Source of the DNA: Candidatus Binatia bacterium
GTDB taxonomy: Bacteria; Desulfobacterota; Binatia; HRBIN30
Direction of reading: 5' to 3'
Assembly: GCA_044450645.1 (NCBI GenBank)
Contig: JBIOJG010000012.1
Coordinates: 36,566-100,565 of the forward strand
Length of the DNA: 64,000 nt
How positions within the stretch are numbered: position 1 is the first letter of the stretch; each line of letters begins with the position of its first letter. Under the pieces are notes generated by a model. The model was not told the DNA's origin. It ran no database searches and saw nothing but the letters and a program-made list of their open reading frames with translations. Position numbers and translations under genes: made by a program. Below, piece after piece: positions 34,399 through 41,866 of the stretch.

Positions 34399-35322
34399 TC
34401 ACGACGAGTGTTTCTCACTGTGCTTCTTCGCCGTTGGTGCTGGGGTCTGGGTTGCGGACCCCAGCGTCGCTGAGCCCCCTGTGGCCACGGTTGCCGTGCT
34501 TTGCGGCTGCGGCGTGCGCGCTGGAGCTGTTGCGGTTGCCGGCGCAGGTGTACGCCGTGCAGTTGGGGTAAGCGGCACGGCAGCAGTTGCGGCCGCTTGA
34601 GTTGCCGACTCAGCCGGTGCGCCTTCCTCGCCTGGCGGCGGTGCTTGCCCCGTAACTGCCTCTCGAGCCCCTGCTGCTGGCGGCAGCGCTGCGGGCGGAG
34701 CTGGCGCACCGGGGATTCCCGGTGCCGCGCCGGGTGCTGAAACAATCGGTGCGGGTGCGACCGGGACGGCTGCCGGCGGTAGGGGAGGACGCACCGGGTT
34801 GTCTGGCGATCCACTAGGTGCGGAGGCGACACATGGCGTGTTTCCGACCAACGCTTGTATGGAGATGTTTTGGTCGTAAATCCGACCGCCAGTCGGGGCA
34901 GCAAAGATCAGGTTTCCAATGCTGAGGGAGCAACAGGGGGAGGAGGGGGCGCTCGCGCGGTTGAACCTGCAAGAGAACAACTCGTCGTCAGCAATGGGGC
35001 TGGTGTCGGATACGGACAGGAAGAGCACCCGCATCGTCGCGTTGTCGGAGAAGATTTTCGTCTGCACGTTCTTACGCGTCGAGGGGTTCGAGGCGCAGCT
35101 GGCGGCGTCGCCTTCCTGGCGTTCGACTGTCATGCAACTCGGATCCCAACTCAGATCCATCTGCAAGCCTCCCACTTGGCCGTTACTGCCGGACATCAGG
35201 AAGATTACATCCGTCGACACCGGCGCCGGGTTGGACGCTGCAAGCCCGCGCTCTCCACAGAGACACAGGACGGCAACAGCCAGAGCGCCGAAGGTTCGCT
35301 GCCTTGCCGAATGTGCCATCAT
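34399..35322 (-). CDS. Secreted protein with a cohesin-like beta-sandwich domain and a ~130-aa Pro/Ala/Thr-rich tail
   Basis: ATG-ATG at 35322 follows SD GGAGAGGA. The signal peptide is MMAHSARQRTFGALAVAVLCLCG. The cohesin-like block is VIFLMSGSNGQVGGLQMDLSWDPSCMTV...MRVLFLSVS. The remainder is a low-complexity PAPT tail. The rest of ORF 34399-36207 is a shadow of the plus-strand gene. Confidence 0.55.
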   Translation of the reverse strand: MMAHSARQRTFGALAVAVLCLCGERGLAASNPAPVSTDVIFLMSGSNGQVGGLQMDLSWDPSCMTVERQEGDAASCASNPSTRKNVQTKIFSDNATMRVLFLSVSDTSPIADDELFSCRFNRASAPSSPCCSLSIGNLIFAAPTGGRIYDQNISIQALVGNTPCVASAPSGSPDNPVRPPLPPAAVPVAPAPIVSAPGAAPGIPGAPAPPAALPPAAGAREAVTGQAPPPGEEGAPAESATQAAATAAVPLTPTARRTPAPATATAPARTPQPQSTATVATGGSATLGSATQTPAPTAKKHSEKHSS

Positions 35323-35448
35323 ATCTAACTCCTCTCCGTGAGAATCATCCGCAACGGCCCCGGAGCATAGCACGTCACGACACACGCTGTGAATCGCAGT
35401 AGTCAAAGAAGCGGCATCCTGGCATGGTGGGCCTGAAGGAGGAACCCC

Positions 35449-36297
35449 ATGCACTTTGGCCTGACGATGTTTGCAACCGACTTCGCCATCGCGGTTGACG
35501 AGTTGGCGCGCGAAGCCGAAGCGCGCGGCTTTGAATCGCTGTGGTTGCCGGAGCACACCCACATTCCCGCCAGCCGGCGTTCTCCCTGGCCGGGAGGGCC
35601 CGAGCTTCCGAAGGAGTACTGGCACACGCACGACCTGTTTGTCGCGCTGGCTGCCGCGGCAGCGGTGACCCGGAGGCTGAAGGTCTGCACGGGTATCTGC
35701 TTGGTGGTCGAACGCGATCCGATTACCACGGCAAAGGAGATTGCCAGCCTCGATGTGTTGTCGAATGGGCGTGTACTGTTCGGCATCGGCGGCGGGTGGA
35801 ATGCCGAGGAAATGGAAAACCACGGGACCACCTTCAAGACCCGCTGGTCGCTGTTGCGCGAGCGCGTCGAGGCAATGAAGAAGATCTGGACCGAGGATGC
35901 CCCCGAGTATCACGGCAAATTCGTCAACTTCGACCCCATCTGGTCGTGGCCCAAACCCGTGCAGAAGCCTCACCCGCCTATCTTTCTGGGAGGTCACACT
36001 CCCGCAGCCCTGCGGCGCGTGGTCGAGTACTGTGACGGGTGGATGCCGATCCCCGCACGTGCCGGCGACCTCGTCGCCGCCATCAGGGATCTGCGCCAGC
36101 GGGCGGAGAAAGCCGGACGTGACCCTAAATCCATCTCCATCGCCACCTACGGCAGCCCCGCGGATGCCGCGGTGGCGCAACAGTACCGCAAGGCCGGAGT
36201 GGACCACTTCATTTTCGGTCTGCCGCCGGCCCCGCGCGATACCGTGCTGCCGCTTCTGGACCGTTACGCGGATGTTGTTCGGCAGGCGGGGAAATAG
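35449..36297 (+). CDS. LLM-class (luciferase-like) F420-dependent oxidoreductase
   Basis: Family blocks are MHFGLTMFATDFAI...ARGFESLWLPEHTHIP...DPITTAKEIASLDVLSNGRVLFGIGGGWNAEEMENHG...HPPIFLGG. Confidence 0.8.
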   Translation: MHFGLTMFATDFAIAVDELAREAEARGFESLWLPEHTHIPASRRSPWPGGPELPKEYWHTHDLFVALAAAAAVTRRLKVCTGICLVVERDPITTAKEIASLDVLSNGRVLFGIGGGWNAEEMENHGTTFKTRWSLLRERVEAMKKIWTEDAPEYHGKFVNFDPIWSWPKPVQKPHPPIFLGGHTPAALRRVVEYCDGWMPIPARAGDLVAAIRDLRQRAEKAGRDPKSISIATYGSPADAAVAQQYRKAGVDHFIFGLPPAPRDTVLPLLDRYADVVRQAGK

Positions 36298-36303
36298 AGC
36301 GGT

Positions 36304-36765
36304 CTACTTTTCCGTGCGCTGGATCGATTCAATGTAATCGGTGAGCAACTCCAGATTGCGCCGTGCGTAGACCGAGGCGACGCCGGGAGCGCCGGAACCA
36401 CCCGTGCCGAAATGTTGGCTCCACACCGGCATTTCGCGGGTGCCGTGGGCAGCAAAGTTGCGTTCGCCCGCAATCGTCTCGACCACAAAATCGCGCGGAA
36501 AGCGTCCGCCGTGTTCGCGAGCCAGACAGGTGAGATCGGGCGTGTGCGTTTTGAGCTCGGCGGCGACAGGACCGTCGCCGGTGCCGGTGACGCCGTGACA
36601 GGAAGCACACGCACTCACGTACAGGTGCCGTCCGTCCTCTTCAACCGCTGGCGGGCACACCCGCAGCGCGCAAGCGCTTGAGAACACGAGCAGCCAAACG
36701 ATCAGCGTGACCGTCGGCAGCGCGTCCTTGGAGACGTACCGGTGCGTGCGGCAGAGTGCGGACAC
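36304..36765 (-). CDS. Monohaem class-I c-type cytochrome
   Basis: It has an N-terminal hydrophobic segment, a single CASCH motif in GRHLYVSACASCHGVTGTGDG, and a distal Met candidate (TREMPVW). Confidence 0.7.
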   Translation of the reverse strand: MSALCRTHRYVSKDALPTVTLIVWLLVFSSACALRVCPPAVEEDGRHLYVSACASCHGVTGTGDGPVAAELKTHTPDLTCLAREHGGRFPRDFVVETIAGERNFAAHGTREMPVWSQHFGTGGSGAPGVASVYARRNLELLTDYIESIQRTEK

Positions 36766-36822
36766 AACCCGCGCTGGTAGCGGAAAAAGATGTGCGGTGC
36801 AAACGTCGGTCCTGAAGAATCG

Positions 36823-37986
36823 CTACCCAAAGAGCCGCCGGGTAGCGATGTCGGCGCCGGCGCGCAGAGCTCTGAGCTTCTCCCACACGACTTCTTCGGC
36901 GACCGTCCCGAGGCCCGCGGCGGTGTCGAAGCCGCAGTCCGTGCCTGCCAGGACACGGCGTGGGTCCCCGACCGCTCGTGCGGCCAGCTCGATGCGGTCC
37001 GCAACCACCTCCGGATGCTCGACGTAGTTCGTCGTTGGATCGATGACGCCGGCGACCAAGATCATCTCGGCAGGCAGGGGATAGCGCGAGAAACACCGAT
37101 GCTCGTGCGCATGGCGCGGGTTTGCCATGGAGAGCACCAGCGCCCCGACGTTCGCCCGATAGAGACGAGGAAGGATTTCGTTCAACGGTATATCGAGGTG
37201 GTGCGGGCCCTCGTAGTTTCCCCAGCACACGTGCATACGCACGCGATCGCGAGGAACGGGCGCGATGGCGCGGTTGAGCGCCGCGATGTTGACATCGATG
37301 AACTGCAGGAAGACATCGATGTCACGGTCCGCAAATGACGTGTGCCGCTCCATGGCCAGGTCCGGACAATCAATCTGCAGCACCAGACCTTGCATCGCGA
37401 TGTACTCGTACTCGGTCTTCAGGGCGTCGGCGGCGGCCGCCACATAATCCTCGTAGCGTTCGTAGTAATCGTTCAGCATCGCAGAGGCGACGATGCCTGG
37501 TGAGGCCGCCGTCATGAACGATTCGGCGAACTGCGACGGTTGCTGGCCGGCGATTCTTCGGAAGTCGGCACATTCTTTCTCGAGCGCGGATCGATCGAGG
37601 TAGCGCACCTCGCCTATGGCCTTGGGCGCGTTGATGAGACTCACCATGGTGCGTGAGAAGTCGGGGAGTTTCAGTTCAAGGAAGCTGGGATACTGGATGA
37701 TGTCTTTCATGATGGGACGCGCACTCTGCCCGCCGAAGCCGCTCATACGGTGCTGGACGTAGGTGAAGAAGCTCTCGCGGGCCTGCTCGCCGTCGTTGCC
37801 GATATCGATGCCGGCCTCGATCTGCTTGGCGATGACGTGCCGGGTCGACCGCTCGATCGCTGCTTCCAGGGCGGGACGGTCCACAGGCTCTCGTCGGCTG
37901 AGTCGGACCTGCATTTCCACGAGGTCCTTGGGGCGCGGGAGGCTCCCACTGTGGGTGGTCATGATGCGCTGCTCACTGCGGTGCAT
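36823..37986 (-). CDS. Cobalamin-independent methionine synthase (MetE C-terminal domain) family protein
   Basis: The N-terminus is MTTHSGSLPRPKDL. It contains metal-site-like H/C residues (VCWGNYEGPHHLD; TDCGF). The length is ~380 aa. The start may be ATG 37962. Confidence 0.7.
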   Translation of the reverse strand: MHRSEQRIMTTHSGSLPRPKDLVEMQVRLSRREPVDRPALEAAIERSTRHVIAKQIEAGIDIGNDGEQARESFFTYVQHRMSGFGGQSARPIMKDIIQYPSFLELKLPDFSRTMVSLINAPKAIGEVRYLDRSALEKECADFRRIAGQQPSQFAESFMTAASPGIVASAMLNDYYERYEDYVAAAADALKTEYEYIAMQGLVLQIDCPDLAMERHTSFADRDIDVFLQFIDVNIAALNRAIAPVPRDRVRMHVCWGNYEGPHHLDIPLNEILPRLYRANVGALVLSMANPRHAHEHRCFSRYPLPAEMILVAGVIDPTTNYVEHPEVVADRIELAARAVGDPRRVLAGTDCGFDTAAGLGTVAEEVVWEKLRALRAGADIATRRLFG

Positions 37987-38004
37987 GTTTCCTCCTGTGC
38001 CGAC

Positions 38005-39222
38005 CTACGCCGTGGCCTCCGACGTGCCGTGCGGCGCGTCTGCAACGGCCCACGCTTTCACCCAGGGCAGCAGCGCGAACGCTGGCAGCGCCAGAAAGAA
38101 CGTGAGAAAGAAATACGTGGCGTAGCCAAGGTGGGCGGTTCCCCAACCGCTGAAAGCACCGGCCAGCGAGCGAGTAAGCCCGAAGATGGCCGATAGCAGC
38201 GCGTACTCGGTGGCGGCCCGCCGCTTGTCGCAAATGTGCATGAGGAAGGCAAGAAAGGCGGCGGTGCCCAGGCCAGCTGCAAAGCTCTCACCCAGTGACG
38301 CTGCGTAGATGCCAGCCCGGCCGAAATTGAAGTACGCGACGGTGGCGTACCCGAGATTGGAGAAGGCTTGGACGAGGCCCAGGCTCCAGAGCGCGTGGAA
38401 GATTCCCCACCGTGTCGTTAACAGCCCACCCGCCAAGGCACCCACAATGCTCGCACCCACACCCAATGTGGTGGAGATCAAGCCGATCTCTTTGACGCTC
38501 AGGCCACGGTCGACCCAGAACGGTTTGATCATGGGCCCCATACTGCTGTCGCCGAGCTTGTAGGTCAGCACGAACAGAAAGACCATCGGTGCACCCGGTC
38601 GTTCCAACCACTTCAGCAGCGGCGTAAACCAGCTCTGCTGCGGATCGGTCGGCGGCGTTTGTATGGTGGGACTCCACCCAGCCAACAGTGCCAGGACTGC
38701 CAAGATCGCTGCTGCCAAATAGAACACTGCGGTCCAGCCCAGGGGCTCCGCGAGAATCACCAGGCCACCGCCCCCGACAATGAGTGCGACACGGTAGGCA
38801 GAAACGCGCACGCCGTTGGCGATGCCTTCTTCGCCCGGTGCCAGCAGGCCAATGGTGTAGGCATCGATGGAAATATCCTGCGTGGCCGAAGCCGTCGTCA
38901 GGAGCATCAACGTGCCCCACAACCAGATCGTTGGTGCTGACGGGTTGAAGAACGGCAATGCTGCCATCAGCAATGCCATGGTTGCCAGGCACGAGACGAA
39001 CCAGTACTGGCGCGTACCGAAGCGATCCACGAACGGTGACCACAGGACCTTCAATGTCCACGGCGCACCGAGCAGGCTCATCAATCCGATTTCGGTCAGC
39101 GAGACGCCGTGGACCCGGAAGTAGACCGGCAGATTGTCGATGGCAATGCCGAAAGGAAATCCCTCGGCGAAGTACAACACGCTGATCCAAGCCAGCTTAC
39201 GCCGCAGATCCATCCACCCCAC
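38005..39222 (-). CDS. ampG: MFS transporter, AmpG-like (muropeptide permease family)
   Basis: It has about 12 TM helices. The N-terminal block is ISVLYFAEGFPFGIAIDNLPVYFRVHGVSLTEIGLMSLLGAPWTLKVLWSPFVDRFGTRQYW. Confidence 0.75.
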   Translation of the reverse strand: MGWMDLRRKLAWISVLYFAEGFPFGIAIDNLPVYFRVHGVSLTEIGLMSLLGAPWTLKVLWSPFVDRFGTRQYWFVSCLATMALLMAALPFFNPSAPTIWLWGTLMLLTTASATQDISIDAYTIGLLAPGEEGIANGVRVSAYRVALIVGGGGLVILAEPLGWTAVFYLAAAILAVLALLAGWSPTIQTPPTDPQQSWFTPLLKWLERPGAPMVFLFVLTYKLGDSSMGPMIKPFWVDRGLSVKEIGLISTTLGVGASIVGALAGGLLTTRWGIFHALWSLGLVQAFSNLGYATVAYFNFGRAGIYAASLGESFAAGLGTAAFLAFLMHICDKRRAATEYALLSAIFGLTRSLAGAFSGWGTAHLGYATYFFLTFFLALPAFALLPWVKAWAVADAPHGTSEATA

Positions 39223-39308
39223 CGGTCACGCGGCCCGTTGTACACGGGCCGCATGGCCGTGGGAAGCGGAGCCGCGTGATCCGCCTGTCGTTTCTCTTTG
39301 CGGGCGCC

Positions 39309-41180
39309 TCAGTAGAAGGTGAAGCGGAAGATCGATAAGTTGCCGTAACTGGAGGGCGTAGCCGTGATCATGAAGTAATAGGTTCTTCCGGCCACCGCAG
39401 TGAATGTGACTCGAGACTGCCTTGTGAGCCAAGATGCATTGTCGTTGCAGCCTCCAGGAACCGGAACAAAACCAGTGCATGAGCCCGTGTAGGTCGATAG
39501 AACCGTGTCGTAGTTGCTGCCGGAGGTATTCGCGGTGATCGTACCGTTTCGCGGCGCTGTGAACCGGTACCAGATGCTCTTTCCGCGTGCTGCGCTGTTG
39601 CACTGGGGGATCGGGTCTGTGAGCGCGGCTGTCGCGGTGCTGACATCTATCGCGTTAACATAGGCATTTGTGGCAATGACCGCGGCGCCGCCACATGCAT
39701 CATTGACCAGACCTCTCCCACTCGTAGCGGTCGGTGCGGGTGGCTGCGTCGAAGTGGGTGTGGCCCTAACGCCGGTGCTAGTGGGCGGCGGAGTCAGAGT
39801 CGAGGTCCGTGTTGCCACGCTGGTTGGTGTCAAGGTCGGAATTGGGCTGCTGGTAGGCACCAGTGTCGGAGTCCATGTCGGTGTCGAAGTCCACGTCCGC
39901 GTCGGAGTCCTAGTGAGGGTCTGGGTGGCTGTACGTGTCGGGCCTGGCGTGCCGATTTGCGGGTAGATAGCGCTCACCCCGGCCATGTCATCGGCGGCCA
40001 AGCTGGCGCAGCGCCCGTCAAAATGGGCATAGGCGTACATCGTTGCATTCGAGACGCTCGTATGGCCAAGGCCGATGGTGTGACCGAGTTCGTGCGTCAT
40101 GACCTCTGCTACGTTGCACTGATTCCAGAACGCACACCCGCCCCAGCCGTTGTTGAAGGTCACTTTGCCGACCACGATCTGCGAGAACGTGGTTCCGTTG
40201 ACGACCGTACTCCCCCCGCCGCTGCAGTACCCGCCGATAGCGAGGATGCCGCTGCAGTTGCTGGGATCCGTGATCTCGCCGTATGGATCGTTGAAGGTGA
40301 GACGGTTGATGTCGCACGGAGAGAATGGCCCCGGGCTCGTCGTTCCGCCGTCCTGGAGGATGAGACTGGAGGTGGGGACCGTGCTCCAAGCGGCCAAGGC
40401 CCCGTCCACCGCTGCCCGTGTGCTGGCAAACCCCAGGGTCTGATCCCCGGTGGAATCGATCAGATAGGTGACCGGCTGGCCGCTGTCCGGCTGGAACCAG
40501 CGGGCAGGCGGGTTGCTCAAGTAGGTGAAGGCCTCCTGGAACCGCGTTGGGGTGCTGGCCAACTCTTCCGGAACGAGGGTCAGCCGTTCCACGGGGCTAC
40601 CCGTGTGGCGTTCCGCCTGGGCGATCTGCCGCAGTCGTTTGAGTAAGGGAAGAAAGCGTTGCGTCTGCCGCGACGCTTCGACCAATTTCCCCGTGCTGGG
40701 GACGAACATGGAGGCACCCGAGCCGAAGTCGCGAACCGCCGCCGTATGCCCGGCGGCGTCGACGCGCAGGGCATATTTCCCCATTGCCAGGCTGTTGGTT
40801 TGCAGTGTGCCGTCAGGGTTGCGCGACAAGAACAGCAGGGTGCGCTCGCCCATCCGGAACTCGGGAGAGCCGAAGATCACCTGGCTCCGCTCGCCTATGA
40901 GCCCGCCGGGCTCGCGCAGTACGAGAGGCTGCAGGCCCGTCGGACCTTTGATGACACGTTCGGGCTGAACATGGACGTAGGTGTAGATGGCGCCGTCGGG
41001 ACCGGCCGTACCCGACTCGATGCCGGTTACCGTGCCAACGACAACCGCTGCTGATGAACGGAGCAGATCGTGTTCGTCCATGAGGACGAAGGTGGTGCTC
41101 CGTGCGACGGCAGGCAGCAGGCCGATTAGTCCGGAGACGAAAAGGGTAATCCTTGCGAAATGACTTGCGCGTATGCTCAC
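39309..41180 (-). CDS. Secreted zinc metalloprotease (metzincin, matrixin-like) with a Thr/Pro-rich linker and a C-terminal pre-peptidase-like beta domain
   Basis: A signal peptide is present. The zinc motif is HELGHTIGLGHTS, with a Met-turn at ATMY. The linker is TRTATQTLTRTPTRTWTSTPTWTPTLVPTSSPIPTLTPTS.... The C-terminal domain shows C..A.......SIWYRFTAP.NGTITANTSGSNYDTVLSTYTGSC. Confidence 0.8.
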   Translation of the reverse strand: MSIRASHFARITLFVSGLIGLLPAVARSTTFVLMDEHDLLRSSAAVVVGTVTGIESGTAGPDGAIYTYVHVQPERVIKGPTGLQPLVLREPGGLIGERSQVIFGSPEFRMGERTLLFLSRNPDGTLQTNSLAMGKYALRVDAAGHTAAVRDFGSGASMFVPSTGKLVEASRQTQRFLPLLKRLRQIAQAERHTGSPVERLTLVPEELASTPTRFQEAFTYLSNPPARWFQPDSGQPVTYLIDSTGDQTLGFASTRAAVDGALAAWSTVPTSSLILQDGGTTSPGPFSPCDINRLTFNDPYGEITDPSNCSGILAIGGYCSGGGSTVVNGTTFSQIVVGKVTFNNGWGGCAFWNQCNVAEVMTHELGHTIGLGHTSVSNATMYAYAHFDGRCASLAADDMAGVSAIYPQIGTPGPTRTATQTLTRTPTRTWTSTPTWTPTLVPTSSPIPTLTPTSVATRTSTLTPPPTSTGVRATPTSTQPPAPTATSGRGLVNDACGGAAVIATNAYVNAIDVSTATAALTDPIPQCNSAARGKSIWYRFTAPRNGTITANTSGSNYDTVLSTYTGSCTGFVPVPGGCNDNASWLTRQSRVTFTAVAGRTYYFMITATPSSYGNLSIFRFTFY

Positions 41181-41323
41181 AGTGAACCTTCCTATTCCGT
41201 GACTGGTACGAGCAGATCACGTACCATTGGGCGGAGTCCTACCGCTACAGCATAAGACGTCCAGCCGATCATCGAGCCGCCGACGATTTGCCGCGTTCTG
41301 GGTGACAAACTGCCGTTTATGGC

Positions 41324-41779
41324 CTAACGCGCACCTTCGGGGACTCGCACGAAATCAACCGGGTTGCCGGTGCTGATGCCATGACGGGCGCAAAAGCCAG
41401 CGTGCACCTCGAGCACGTATTGTGAGCGATCGGGAACGCCAAGCGGATTGGTTGTGAACGGCTGAGTGTCAGCGACGATTCCGACAATACGGTACTCCCT
41501 TCCGATGAATACCATATCGAGTGGTAAGGGGGTATTCTTCATCCAGAACTGTTGCTCGGTTTCGTTGGGGAAGATAAACAACATTCCTGCGTTTGGTGCC
41601 ATGTCGTTGCGATACATGAGGCCGCGGGCTCGGGACTCGGGGGTGTCGGCGACCTCAACTTCGACGGCTACCGGCCCGCGAGAGGAATGGATGACGACCT
41701 CGGGACGGTGAGAGCAGGCGGTCAGCGCCATGCAAACCATCAACAGCGCCACTTCTGATTGATATAAGTGGCGTCGCAT
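41324..41779 (-). CDS. DUF192-domain secreted protein or lipoprotein
   Basis: The internal ATG 41779 gives MRRHLYQSEVALLMVCMALTAC/S (lipobox). The DUF192 block is AVEVEVADTPESRARGLMYRNDMAPNAGMLFIF......FWMKNTPLPLDMVFI. The upstream part of ORF 41324-42832 is a shadow ORF. Confidence 0.7.
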   Translation of the reverse strand: MRRHLYQSEVALLMVCMALTACSHRPEVVIHSSRGPVAVEVEVADTPESRARGLMYRNDMAPNAGMLFIFPNETEQQFWMKNTPLPLDMVFIGREYRIVGIVADTQPFTTNPLGVPDRSQYVLEVHAGFCARHGISTGNPVDFVRVPEGAR

Positions 41780-41866
41780 CAGGTTTCCGCCACCTTGCAA
41801 TGGCTCCACTTTTCTCTTAGGAGTCCGGCGGAATGCGAAGCGTTCAGGCCCGCTGGAGGTAGAGTA

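Noticed and set aside
35323-36207. Upstream 295 codons of the 602-aa minus ORF 34399-36207
   Set aside because: This part is antisense to the clearly coding LLM oxidoreductase. A good SD, ATG-ATG and signal peptide at 35322 define the real, shorter gene.
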